From Candidatus Latescibacterota bacterium (GTDB lineage Bacteria; Latescibacterota; UBA2968; GCA-2709665), in assembly GCA_965219995.1 (NCBI GenBank), contig CBDCOX010000002.1:1120001-1184000 (forward strand): 64,000 nt of DNA, written 5' to 3'. Made by a program: the position numbers and the translations under genes. Below are positions 27,088-37,063 of this stretch, one piece after another (within the stretch, counting starts at the first letter, position 1; the number at the start of each line of letters is the position of its first letter). A model generated the notes under the pieces. It was not told the origin of the DNA, ran no database searches, and saw nothing but the letters and a program-made list of their open reading frames with translations.

Positions 27088-28344
27088 TTACAGGTACAAT
27101 CCGATCATACAGCCGGTGAGCATGGTCGCCACCGTCCCGCCAATCAGGGATCGGAGCCCGAGTCGCGCCAGGTCGCCTCGCCTGTCCGGGGCGATCCCCC
27201 CGATGCCCCCGATCATAATGGCGACGGACCCGAAGTTTGCAAACCCGCACAGGGCGTAAGCGGTGATCACAAAAGCCCGTTGATCGAGCGGGTCGGGACC
27301 GCTCATCAGGCGCGCCAGGTCCACGTAGGCCACGAACTCGTTCAGGATCGTCTTCAGCCCCATCAGTTCACCGACGGCGCGGGCTTCGGTCCAGGATATC
27401 CCCATCAGCCAGACGAACGGTCGAAACAGGCCGCCCGCGGCGGCCTGGAGGCTCCAACCGCCTGCCCCCCCGGTAATGAAATCGTCGATCTTTCCGATGA
27501 CCAGGTTCGCCAGAGCGACCAGGCCGATGAAGGCGACGAGCATTGCGAGGATGTTGATGACCAGATGCATGCCTTCGGCGGCGCCCCTCGCCGCGGCATC
27601 GAGACCGTTCAGCGTGTCGTCGCGAGGCAGTTCCACCCGGCTGTGTGAGGTGAGCGGTTCGCCGGTCTCCGGGATCATCAGCTTGGCTACCGCGATCGCC
27701 GCCGGCGCGCTGATCAGCGACGCGGTGAACAGATGACCGGCGATATCCGGATGGGCCGTACCCAGGAGGGTCGCGTAGATCACCATCACCGTACCGGCGA
27801 TCGTGGCCATCCCCACGGTCATTATACAGAACAGCTCGCTCTCCGTCATACGGCTCACGTACGGCCGAACCAGCAGCGGGGATTCCGTCATCCCGAGAAA
27901 TACGTTCCCGGCGGACCCGACACTCTCCGCGGAACTGAGTCCGAGGGCCCTCTGCATGACCGCGCTCAGCCTGCCGATCACCCACGGCAGGATCCGGTAA
28001 TGATACAGCATTCTTGAAACCGCGGCCACAAAGATCAGTATCGCGGCGATTTCCAGGGCCACGACGGGGCCGTATTTGCTCGTGAATTCGGGATTCGACA
28101 ATCCCGAGAAAAGCAGCGATTCGTTCGCCTTGAGCGCGGTTGCTCGAAGCATGTCCGTGAGGGCGCCGACCACACCGAAGATGTAATGCCGCAGTCCCGT
28201 CTTGACGAGAAGGCCGGTCAGGAGCAATTGCAGGCCGCTGGCAACGGCGACGGTCTTCCAGGGGATGCGTATGGAACGCCGGCCGAGTGACCAGGCGATT
28301 GCGAGAAGCACGACATATCCAATGGCGCTGTGAAGCACGGACAA
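27088..28344 (-). CDS. Concentrative nucleoside transporter (CNT/NupC family)
   Basis: NVFLGMTESP, MATIAG, NEFVAY, YALCGFANF; likely TTG 28344 after GAGG; the longer start 28446 lies inside a MITE. Confidence 0.92.
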   Translation of the reverse strand: MSVLHSAIGYVVLLAIAWSLGRRSIRIPWKTVAVASGLQLLLTGLLVKTGLRHYIFGVVGALTDMLRATALKANESLLFSGLSNPEFTSKYGPVVALEIAAILIFVAAVSRMLYHYRILPWVIGRLSAVMQRALGLSSAESVGSAGNVFLGMTESPLLVRPYVSRMTESELFCIMTVGMATIAGTVMVIYATLLGTAHPDIAGHLFTASLISAPAAIAVAKLMIPETGEPLTSHSRVELPRDDTLNGLDAAARGAAEGMHLVINILAMLVAFIGLVALANLVIGKIDDFITGGAGGWSLQAAAGGLFRPFVWLMGISWTEARAVGELMGLKTILNEFVAYVDLARLMSGPDPLDQRAFVITAYALCGFANFGSVAIMIGGIGGIAPDRRGDLARLGLRSLIGGTVATMLTGCMIGLYL

Positions 28345-28415
28345 TGCGGGTTTCCTCTCTATGGAACGGGGATCTGCGGAACGGGTTCCGTCCGAAAGTC
28401 CGGTCGAGTCACCTC

Positions 28416-28575
28416 CTGGTGTCCTGTCCCAAAAATACCTCACCATTCGGCCGCCGATTCATCCCGTCTCGCTGCGTTGCCTTCGCTCGACGACCTGGCC
28501 AGGTCGGTGGCGCCTTGCGAGCCGGGCGACTCGACGGCCGAATTAAGGCAACCTATTTCCGGGACAGAACACTGG
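28416..28575. mobile_element. MITE, 152 bp with CTGG target-site duplication
   Basis: CTGG|TGTCCTGTCCCAAAAATA ... TATTTCCGGGACAGAACA|CTGG; central palindrome CGACCTGGCCAGGTCG; similar to 46172-46339. Confidence 0.88.
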
Positions 28576-28654
28576 CCGGCGCGAAAAATAGCCGGAAACG
28601 TCGACACGGTCAAGTGATATCCCGCCCGAATGCCCTGAGTTGGCGTTGTATTTC

Positions 28655-28683
28655 TTGACTTGAATGATCGAAAACCCTATTGT
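28655..28683 (+). promoter_or_regulatory. Sigma70-type promoter for gmd
   Basis: TTGACT-17bp-TATTGT. Confidence 0.55.
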
Positions 28684-28824
28684 TGAGTTTGCCGGTGGGT
28701 TACCGCGAGTACGCTTCCCGTCCGCCTTCCGTGTCAATACAGCCTGTCGTCCATCCTGCGCAGTGCGGATACCTGAATCCCTCGGTACCGGCGCGACCCG
28801 GATTCGATTCCCTATGAGGCTTCC

Positions 28825-29898
28825 GTGCGGTCTGGCAACCAGGAAAAGACTGCTCTGATCACCGGCATTACCGGCCAGGACGGTTCCTATCTCGCTGAAT
28901 TCCTGATTGGTAAAGGCTACCTGGTGCACGGCATCATCCGCCGGGCCTCCCTGTTCAATACGGATCGCATCGACCACCTCTTTGCCGACCCCCAGGATCC
29001 CGACCGGCGGATGATCCTGCACTATGGAGATCTCACGGATACGGCCAATCTGATCCGGATCGTCCAGGAAATACGGCCCGACGAGATCTACAATCTGGGT
29101 GCGCAGAGTCACGTGGCGGTGTCATTCGAAACGCCCGAATACACGGCAAAGGTGGCGGCGCTGGGGGCGCTCCATCTGCTCGAGGCCATCCGGATCTGCG
29201 GTCTCGCCGATCGGACACGGTTCTACCAGGCCTCGAGTTCGGAGATGTTCGGCAAGGCGACCGAGACACCCCAGCGGGAATCCACACCGTTCTATCCCCG
29301 ATCGCCATACGCCGCAGCGAAGGTATATGCATACTGGATTACCGTGAATTACCGCGAGGCCTATGAGATTTTCGCCTGCAACGGTATCCTGTTCAACCAC
29401 GAGTCCCCCGTGCGCGGCGAGACGTTCGTGACCCGGAAGATCACCCGGCGGCTCGCTCGCGTCAAAGTCGGATTGGACGAATGCGTGTACCTGGGAAATC
29501 TCGATGCGATGCGAGACTGGGGCCACGCACGTGACTATGTGCGCGCCCAGTGGCTGATGCTCCAGCAGGCAAAGCCTGACGATTACGTCATCGCATCGGG
29601 GCATCAGCATTCGGTTCGCACGTTCCTGAATCTTACGGCTGACTACCTGGGTCTGGAGCTGGCGTGGCGCGGCAAGGGCGCCGGGGAAGTTGCGGTCAAT
29701 ACGGCGACCGGGAGCGCGGTCGTGCGCATCGACCCGCGGTACTTCCGGCCGACCGAAACGCACTCGCTTCTGGGCGATGCGTCGAAAGCGCGCAGAAGCC
29801 TCGGCTGGCGACCTGAGACCAGCTTCGAAGACATGGTCAGGGAAATGGTCGATGCCGACCTGCGCCTGGCCGAACACGAGGCATCGCTACAGCTCTGA
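28825..29898 (+). CDS. gmd: GDP-mannose 4,6-dehydratase
   Basis: [56 protein letters not shown]. Confidence 0.96.
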   Translation: MRSGNQEKTALITGITGQDGSYLAEFLIGKGYLVHGIIRRASLFNTDRIDHLFADPQDPDRRMILHYGDLTDTANLIRIVQEIRPDEIYNLGAQSHVAVSFETPEYTAKVAALGALHLLEAIRICGLADRTRFYQASSSEMFGKATETPQRESTPFYPRSPYAAAKVYAYWITVNYREAYEIFACNGILFNHESPVRGETFVTRKITRRLARVKVGLDECVYLGNLDAMRDWGHARDYVRAQWLMLQQAKPDDYVIASGHQHSVRTFLNLTADYLGLELAWRGKGAGEVAVNTATGSAVVRIDPRYFRPTETHSLLGDASKARRSLGWRPETSFEDMVREMVDADLRLAEHEASLQL

Positions 29899-29998
29899 AC
29901 GAGGAACGGACCCTTCCGACGGTACCGTCAGGGTCCGGGGCCCGGCGGCGCTTCACGCATTGACAACGCAGTAAGAGCAAGGGAGCAGGTTCTGAACC

Positions 29999-31282
29999 AT
30001 GGGCGACAGAACGCTTTTTGATGCTTCATACGAAAAACGCAGGAACCCGTTGCTAAAGCAGGTACTGGAGCGGCTGTATCCCATCTACTCTTCGGAAGAG
30101 CGCGATGTCATTCGCATCGACTCAATCAGCAGGGTCCTGCTCTCGCGCCCCTCGGGTCGGGGCTTTGTCAACCGGGACATCCTCGAAACCGTTCTGGGCA
30201 ACCTGCTGGAATGCGTCGCCCCCGGTTCACACAACGTACAGGCAGCCGGACCGTCGGACAGCCTCGAGGATGCAATCGGAGAGATCGTCGATCAGATTTA
30301 CGCGATGATCGTGCAGTCGTTCCTGGCCGCGGAAGGAAACGGCAGGGATATTGAAACGCCCGCCCTGGAGGCCACATTTGCGCTTCTTGCGGACCTTCCC
30401 AATCTCAAGAGCCGCGCGCTGTGGAACCGATTCGCGTCTCTCAAGGATCCGGCGGTATGGGATGCGTATATCGTGGCCAGACACCGGAACCGCATGGGCA
30501 CACTGGCGGACATGGACCACGGTCACGCGCTGGACTGCGCGATCGATGCCCGGGATTTCGAACCCTATCGAGAGTTTCTAAGGGCTCGAAATCTGGATTG
30601 CGCATTCGATTATCTCATGCAGCTGGTCATCAGCACATACCCCGGCTGGCGGGTGCTCTTCTACCACGACGTTGCCCACGCCCTCACCAGGTCCGGCGCC
30701 GCGGAGGGGCTCGCAGACATCGCCCGGATGCCCGTGCCGCTTCTGCCACGCGCCATTTCGGAACTTGGCGGGCGATATTACCAGGCCGACCTGCATCCTG
30801 AAACCGTCATTGGCGACGCGAACTTTCTGGACCATCCTCACCGTGGACTGACAACCGGGCAGACCGGTGTGATCGGCACGGGCTGTTACATCTATCCCTG
30901 CACGATGGGCGGCCTCAGCGGCAGAGTCAGGCATCGACATCCCGAAATCGGGGATCACGTACAAATCGGCACTGACGCAACCCTCCTGGGACCCGTCAGA
31001 ATCGGGGATCATTCAACAGTCGGTCCGAATACCCAGGTCTACGGCTACGTGCAAACCGAGACCGAATGCCGGATCGCCTCGTCGGTCGTCGTCGGCACCG
31101 TCTTGAGTGGAGACAGGAGACCCGGCAGGATTCGTCTGGGCAGGGGGGTACGCGTGGGAGACGGAACCGTGATCGAGAACAGTACCGAACTGGACCTGAT
31201 CATTCCCGACAAGGCCGAAATCCCGGCACGAAGCCACGTCATCAACGACGGCTTCGGAAATCCGCGATTCGTACGGGAATAA
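29999..31282 (+). CDS. Serine O-acetyltransferase-like left-handed beta-helix protein with long N-terminal helical region
   Basis: YPG, DLHP, FLDH, TMGG, RHPEIGD, LLGPVRIG plus extra hexapeptide repeats. Confidence 0.7.
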   Translation: MGDRTLFDASYEKRRNPLLKQVLERLYPIYSSEERDVIRIDSISRVLLSRPSGRGFVNRDILETVLGNLLECVAPGSHNVQAAGPSDSLEDAIGEIVDQIYAMIVQSFLAAEGNGRDIETPALEATFALLADLPNLKSRALWNRFASLKDPAVWDAYIVARHRNRMGTLADMDHGHALDCAIDARDFEPYREFLRARNLDCAFDYLMQLVISTYPGWRVLFYHDVAHALTRSGAAEGLADIARMPVPLLPRAISELGGRYYQADLHPETVIGDANFLDHPHRGLTTGQTGVIGTGCYIYPCTMGGLSGRVRHRHPEIGDHVQIGTDATLLGPVRIGDHSTVGPNTQVYGYVQTETECRIASSVVVGTVLSGDRRPGRIRLGRGVRVGDGTVIENSTELDLIIPDKAEIPARSHVINDGFGNPRFVRE

Positions 31283-31308
31283 AAAAAAGCGGCGCGCCGG
31301 GTTCAGGC

Positions 31309-32127
31309 CTACCGCGGCGCATTCTTGTGAAACTCGATATCCGCATACCAGGTCGACGCCCGGCTGTTGGTATTGTCGGTATCGGTCATCAGATAGACGC
31401 GCAGTATCTTGCCCGGTTCCTCCCCCGGATATCCTCTCTTGTAGTCTTCGTAGAGATTCCGCACTTCCCGCACCCACCGCTTCATCCGTCCCAACCCGCT
31501 CTCCGCGACAATTCGCCGCCACGACAGCTTCCAGACAAACGGAATGATGGTTGTCTCGGACTTGAACATCAGCGATTCCGGCAGTGAATTGGACCAGACG
31601 TACGCGATCTCGCGAATGTTGTTGGTGCCCTTCTCCAGGATCGCGACCCCCAATTTCGCGTTGAAGTCGTCATCCTGCTTCCTCAGCTTGTCGCCTTTCT
31701 CCAGGCGCTGCCGACCGATCGTGGAGTAATCCACCTTCCACCGCCAGGACAAGTACGGGTTCTCTGCCACATCGATGAGTGTGTCGAATCCGCGCTTTCT
31801 GATGATCTTTTCGAATTGTCTGGGCGGTCGCTCACACCGCGCGATCCACGGATAGCGGCCCGGGTCCAACGCCATGGGTCGGCCTGATTTTGTGGGTATT
31901 TGCCAGAGCAGTGCGGCCGACCCTTCGCTCACGAAGCGGACCGCATTGTTCGCGTACTGGAACTTTGTCCTGGTATCGCATTCGGCCCAGTCCCTCTGCA
32001 GCCAGGCGCCCATATCTACCTTCAGCCCGCCGCTTCCCGCCTTCGCGAAGGCGACGCCCGCCCACGAGGTGAGCGCGCAGCAGGCAAACCAAAGGATCCG
32101 CCGGTGGCGTACCATGCCGAACCTCAT
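31309..32127 (-). CDS. DUF3047 family exported protein
   Basis: Signal peptide; PYLSWRWKV, DDF.A, YVWS, RNLYEDY, MTDTDNT, YADIEF. Confidence 0.82.
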   Translation of the reverse strand: MRFGMVRHRRILWFACCALTSWAGVAFAKAGSGGLKVDMGAWLQRDWAECDTRTKFQYANNAVRFVSEGSAALLWQIPTKSGRPMALDPGRYPWIARCERPPRQFEKIIRKRGFDTLIDVAENPYLSWRWKVDYSTIGRQRLEKGDKLRKQDDDFNAKLGVAILEKGTNNIREIAYVWSNSLPESLMFKSETTIIPFVWKLSWRRIVAESGLGRMKRWVREVRNLYEDYKRGYPGEEPGKILRVYLMTDTDNTNSRASTWYADIEFHKNAPR

Positions 32128-32139
32128 CCATCCCTTGAA

Positions 32140-33255
32140 TTATTGCGACAGGATTTCCTCATAGACCCCAAGGGTCTTCCGCGCGCAACCCCGCCACGTG
32201 TATCTGGCAGCCTGGCGCCGCCCACTGACCACGAGGCGCTCCCGCAGTGCTTCATCTCGAATCAAACGCGTCATTCCGGTGGCGATAGACCCGACGTCCG
32301 TGGGATTGACGAGGACAGCCGCATCGCCGGCGATTTCAGCAAGTGACGATGTATCCGACGTCAGCACCGGACATCCGCTGGCCATCGCCTCGATCACGGG
32401 CAGCCCGAAACCCTCCGTTATCGATGGAAACACAAAGAACGCCGCTTCCTCAAAGCACGCGCGTACCTGGCCATCGCTCAGTTGCCCGGTAAATATGACG
32501 TCTTGAGCAATCCCAAGGTTCCGCGTGAGTTCGGAAAGGTTGGCGTATCCGTCCCCTCGTCCGCTGATCAGGAGGGAAAGCCCGGGACATTGCCTGGCGA
32601 CCAGGCCGAAGGCCTCGATCAGACGTCGGATGTTCTTGTACGGCTTTGTGTTGCCCAGTGAAAAAATGAACCGCCGGCCCCGGCAGACATCCGGCAGCCC
32701 GTCGGTTTGGTCGTCTCCCGTGGAAGAGCCGTCGCTTCCATGATGGATCATCGTGAATTTCGCAGGGGAATCGGGATATCTCGCAAGCGCGTCCTGCCGG
32801 GTGGTTTCCGATACCGCAATCACGTGATGGGCCCGGTTAACGGACATCCCGATCCATGGACCCGCGAAACGGCGGGCCATCCATCCGCGCCATCGCGCTT
32901 CGTACGCAATTTCCGGTGAATTGATCCAGATCAGATCGTGCAGAGTGAGAACAATCCGCCTGGCGCGGACGCCGAGGGGAAGAAGGTGAAAGAGACAGTG
33001 ATATATGTCGGCCCGGAGCGGGTTCACGATCCTCGCGCCCCCCAGGAGGTTCCGGCCCGTTGAAATCCCGTACGGGACCGCTATATCCGTGAAATTCGGC
33101 TGGTTCACGAGCGGACGCGGGTAGGCGGCCCGTCTCAGCAGCAGGTATTCGTTTTCCCGGTCCAGGCCGGCGAGCGCACGGACCAGGCTGAACGCATACC
33201 GGCCGACGCCGGTCTCGACGTTCCGGACCTCACGCGCGTCGATACAGATTCTCAC
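32140..33255 (-). CDS. Glycosyltransferase family 4
   Basis: GVGRY, TLHD, AVSETT, KNI, FPSITEGFGLPVIEAMASG. Confidence 0.93.
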   Translation of the reverse strand: MRICIDAREVRNVETGVGRYAFSLVRALAGLDRENEYLLLRRAAYPRPLVNQPNFTDIAVPYGISTGRNLLGGARIVNPLRADIYHCLFHLLPLGVRARRIVLTLHDLIWINSPEIAYEARWRGWMARRFAGPWIGMSVNRAHHVIAVSETTRQDALARYPDSPAKFTMIHHGSDGSSTGDDQTDGLPDVCRGRRFIFSLGNTKPYKNIRRLIEAFGLVARQCPGLSLLISGRGDGYANLSELTRNLGIAQDVIFTGQLSDGQVRACFEEAAFFVFPSITEGFGLPVIEAMASGCPVLTSDTSSLAEIAGDAAVLVNPTDVGSIATGMTRLIRDEALRERLVVSGRRQAARYTWRGCARKTLGVYEEILSQ

Positions 33256-33268
33256 CGTCCCTCCTCTA

Positions 33269-34789
33269 TCACGCCAGGATACGCCTGATCCGGCGATAGA
33301 CCCGCAGTCCGAACTGTCTTTCCTCGTCCTCTACGCCAAGCAGAAAGAGGAACCCCCCGAAACACGGAAATACCAGCGCGGCCCTCCCCAGGACATCCCA
33401 AAGGGGCGCCGCGGGAGCGGCTGGTCCCGACACCCACATCAGACCGGCCGTCGCGCAGCCGGCGATCAGCGGCTTGCAGAGCTTCATCGAAAACGCGTGC
33501 ACCTTCAGTTGTCGAAATACCTGCCAGGACGAGAGTCCCTGCGCCAGAATCGCCGTGGAAGCTGCGCCGATTGCGGCCCCCGTCGGGCCAAACCGGCGAA
33601 CCAGAACAAACGTACCGATCCCGCCGATCACGAGCGTGATACTTCTGATACCGAGGAGCGCGTCGGGATGCCCCGTCATCACCAGCACGTACCCGGACAA
33701 TCCCAATACAGCCGTTGCGGCGGCGCCGAGCAGCAGAATCAGCAGCCAGGAATACCCCGCCGAAAATTCCGATCCCACGAATGCTGCGATCTGGCTCCCG
33801 TAGAAGGCGAATACGAGGATGACGGGAATCGTTCCCAGCACAACCCAGCGGGTCACGAGCTTGAAGATTTCGCCCAGTCGCGCAATCTCTCCACGGGCAT
33901 GATATTCGGCAAAAAAGGGATTCGCGATTGGATCGAAGGCGCCGGGCACGGCACGCACGATCCCGGCCAGCTGAATCATCACGCCATATACCGCGATGGT
34001 TTCGGGCTGGATAAACGACCCGACAATTACAACGTCCAACCGACCGTTGAGTTCCGCGATCAGGTCGATGAGGAACATCGAAATTGATAAACGAAAGAGC
34101 TTTCGCTCAACGCCGGCCGCCCCTTCGGACCATGTACGCCGGGGATAGAACCGGAAGACCGGCTGGATGGAACAACAGAACACGATACCCGTGGCTGCCA
34201 GATAGGCCGCGGCTATGCCCGTCAGATCCATCTGCAGGAAGTAGAACAGAATCGCGAAACCGATCAATAGCGCGGGCTCGGCGAGTCCTTTGAGGTACAG
34301 CTGGTATTCCATCACCTTGTGGGCGATCGGAACCTGCAGCAGCAACCCGCCCGCCGTCTGAAAGAAGACGACGAATGCCATCCACCGCAGTGCGGCTTCC
34401 ACACCGTCGCGACCGATTAAGCCGCCCAGCGCGTCGGAAAAGAGAACACAGACCAGGCTGACCGCGAGGCTCAGGATTCCACCGGCGAAAAAAGCTGTCT
34501 TGACACCGCCGAGAGCCCGATGTGTCTCGCCCCGTGAGTGATGGTGGGCGACGTGCCGGAGCAATGCCTTGTCGAGACCGAAAAACGCAAACCGTGAAAA
34601 CAGATTCACCCAGGTCCAGGCGAGGAAAAAGAGGCCGTAAGAGGCCGTGGAATAAAGGCGCGCGGCGAGAAGATAGAATACCGGCCGGCCCAGCCGGGAG
34701 AAGAGAGTCAGAAGATTGACGCCGACACCGCGGGACAGCGTTGCCAGGTCCAACTCGCGACGCGTCTCTTCCTTGACGTCATCCGCCAT
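33269..34789 (-). CDS. Oligosaccharide flippase (Wzx/MOP family)
   Basis: About 12-14 hydrophobic segments, YG.F, FGLD, D..IVG, G..GAA; located between glycosyltransferases. Confidence 0.85.
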   Translation of the reverse strand: MADDVKEETRRELDLATLSRGVGVNLLTLFSRLGRPVFYLLAARLYSTASYGLFFLAWTWVNLFSRFAFFGLDKALLRHVAHHHSRGETHRALGGVKTAFFAGGILSLAVSLVCVLFSDALGGLIGRDGVEAALRWMAFVVFFQTAGGLLLQVPIAHKVMEYQLYLKGLAEPALLIGFAILFYFLQMDLTGIAAAYLAATGIVFCCSIQPVFRFYPRRTWSEGAAGVERKLFRLSISMFLIDLIAELNGRLDVVIVGSFIQPETIAVYGVMIQLAGIVRAVPGAFDPIANPFFAEYHARGEIARLGEIFKLVTRWVVLGTIPVILVFAFYGSQIAAFVGSEFSAGYSWLLILLLGAAATAVLGLSGYVLVMTGHPDALLGIRSITLVIGGIGTFVLVRRFGPTGAAIGAASTAILAQGLSSWQVFRQLKVHAFSMKLCKPLIAGCATAGLMWVSGPAAPAAPLWDVLGRAALVFPCFGGFLFLLGVEDEERQFGLRVYRRIRRILA

Positions 34790-35699
34790 GCCGCCTCACC
34801 GTTCCGGTTCTCCCGCGGCTGTTCCGATACAGACCGATACCCAACCGGATACCCCGCGCCAGCGCCTGCAGTTTCCGTGGAATCGTCCACCAGAAATCGA
34901 ATGCGCCGAATCGGCCGCGAAGGATGAAGAATCGAACGAACATATTCAGGACAAAGTACGGCGAAAACCGCACGTCGCAGTGTTTCAGCCAGAAGTAAAG
35001 CTCGTTGGCGTACGTCAGCGGATCGGCCGCCTGATCCGAAACGCGGCAGCCTCCGGAGGGCGCCGCATGGTGGAAGACCACGGCTTCCGGTTCGAATACC
35101 ATCCGGCCGCCCCCTGACTTGAGATAGCGGAGACAAAAATCCGTCTCCTCCCGAAGCTGGCTTCCGGCGAACTGCTCGTCGAAGCCCCCGCAGCGAAGCG
35201 CCTGTTTCCGGAGAAAGGAGAGATTGCCGCCGCCGCCGTGCGAAACGCTTCGGCGACGGGTCGCGTGGAAATTCGAAATCACGTGACCATACCATGTCAC
35301 CACGCCGCAGCGCCTCGGCTCCCGGCGGCCCCGGCTTCGCGAACTGATGATTCGGCCGGCCACCGCGCTGACGCATTCAGCGTCGTAATTGCGCATATGA
35401 TTTGAGATAAAGTCGCCTCGCAGGTCGACGTCGTCGTCAAGACACAGAACCACCTCTCCGCGGGCGATGTTCATTCCCAGGTTCTTCGCCCGGGTCCCGC
35501 TCGCCGTCTCCGTTTGAACGTAACGGATGCGCGCGCGGATGGACGCCAGGAATTCCGCTATCTCCGGCGGGTGTACGTCCGTCTGGTCGACGACGATGAC
35601 TTCGAACGAGGGGTAGGACTGGCGCAATACCTGCTCCAGCGTCCTCTTCAGAAACACCGAACGGTTGTAGGTCGGGATGATGACCGAAACGTGTTTCAT
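34779..35699 (-). CDS. Glycosyltransferase family 2
   Basis: VSVIIPTYNR, VIVVD, LDDD, GGFDE, EETDFC. Confidence 0.93.
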   Translation of the reverse strand: MKHVSVIIPTYNRSVFLKRTLEQVLRQSYPSFEVIVVDQTDVHPPEIAEFLASIRARIRYVQTETASGTRAKNLGMNIARGEVVLCLDDDVDLRGDFISNHMRNYDAECVSAVAGRIISSRSRGRREPRRCGVVTWYGHVISNFHATRRRSVSHGGGGNLSFLRKQALRCGGFDEQFAGSQLREETDFCLRYLKSGGGRMVFEPEAVVFHHAAPSGGCRVSDQAADPLTYANELYFWLKHCDVRFSPYFVLNMFVRFFILRGRFGAFDFWWTIPRKLQALARGIRLGIGLYRNSRGRTGTVRRHGG

Positions 35700-35761
35700 T
35701 CCCGCAGGCAATCCGAATGGAGTATGGGAACTGAGAGGGTACCGTGTGACGTGACCGCGTT

Positions 35762-36805
35762 CTAGCGGTCCAGTACCGGAAGTTCCGCGGACGGCTCGTC
35801 AGACGCGCAGAACGAGACGACGCGGTCGTGCAGTGACGGGCCGTTCAACTCTCTATAGTAGATAAACAGGTACTCGTTTGCATAACCGGCGTACCTCCCG
35901 CCGCGCGCCTCGGCCCACTCGCAGACCTTCCTGTCCGACCCCGCTACATTGTACCACTCCCGGGCCAGTTTGAGCACCCACGTGTCCACGGGCACGGCAT
36001 TCAGCCGTTCGAGCGCGAACAGGTCTATACACTTGCCGACCTTCAGGCCGACGCCCGTACCGGCCCGCGCTTTCAACGCGTCCACGATTTCACGCCAGTC
36101 GTCCAGTGACAATTTCCCCGGATCGCCGCCCGTGCGCTCTGAAACGAACCGGGCCGTTGCGGCCACCCGCTCCGACCGCCACCCGAATCGGTTGGACCTG
36201 AAATACGGACCATTCAGCCGGGCCAATACATCCGGTTCGGGAAACGTACAGTATCTCCTTCCCATAAACTCGAATTCGCGGCCCCACGACTCAGCCAGGA
36301 AATTGACCCGCCGTTTGGTGAGGTCCATATGGGCCTGCACCGACAGGATATACGAAATCACGCACTCGAAGGGCGTCTGGCGTACGAACCTGAATCCCTT
36401 CAACAGATCCCGCGCCCGGCGCAGGTGTCCGTCTCCCCGGGGGACGCGAACGCGAGGTCTTTCATTCAGTCTCAGGTACCATTCGAGAAACCCGGCCGCG
36501 GACATCTCGCCAAGATACGTGGCGACGCCTGACGCCCCCGCGCGAAACTGGAGCGTATCGCCTTCCTGACGCAGATGGAACACGGTGTCGTAGGCAACGC
36601 CCTTCCACCATCCGTCCACGTCGCGGCCCCACCGGAATACCTGGCCTCCAGCCAGCGTATACCCCAGGTTGAAATCCCGGGCTTCGATCCGGCCGGTTAC
36701 CGGATGCCCGGAGGACACACGGTTCCCCGTCCGGGCACGGATGTCCCGCGCTCGGTGACGGGCCGGCAGGACCGGCCTCGGAGACTTTGAGGACAGTTCC
36801 GCCAT
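35762..36805 (-). CDS. 8-oxoguanine DNA glycosylase (Ogg, HhH-GPD)
   Basis: TLAGGQVFRW, Q.PFEC..SYI, FPEP, GVGLKVGKCI.LF, PVDTWV; start uncertain. Confidence 0.82.
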   Translation of the reverse strand: MAELSSKSPRPVLPARHRARDIRARTGNRVSSGHPVTGRIEARDFNLGYTLAGGQVFRWGRDVDGWWKGVAYDTVFHLRQEGDTLQFRAGASGVATYLGEMSAAGFLEWYLRLNERPRVRVPRGDGHLRRARDLLKGFRFVRQTPFECVISYILSVQAHMDLTKRRVNFLAESWGREFEFMGRRYCTFPEPDVLARLNGPYFRSNRFGWRSERVAATARFVSERTGGDPGKLSLDDWREIVDALKARAGTGVGLKVGKCIDLFALERLNAVPVDTWVLKLAREWYNVAGSDRKVCEWAEARGGRYAGYANEYLFIYYRELNGPSLHDRVVSFCASDEPSAELPVLDR

Positions 36806-36963
36806 ATCGCTATCCATTATAGGAATTTTGACGGCATGCGGCAAGTCCCCGGTCTTCCCCGCACTTTCCGGCCGGTTGCCCCGCCATTGCGCCGTGGATT
36901 CGGAGTCCCGGAGACAGTGTACGCCAGGGCAGACGGAAGAGATCCGAGTCTTGAGTCTTGGGC

Positions 36964-36992
36964 TTGACTCCAATATCATGCATGTTTATTTT
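36964..36992 (+). promoter_or_regulatory. Sigma70-type promoter for the ABC-DUF1854 pair
   Basis: TTGACT-17bp-TATTTT; CATGCATG palindrome in the spacer. Confidence 0.55.
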
Positions 36993-37063
36993 TATATTGG
37001 CATCTGCTTTCATGTCCGTTTCGCCCAATACTCACCTTTTGTCTGGCACGGACAGGATATCAC

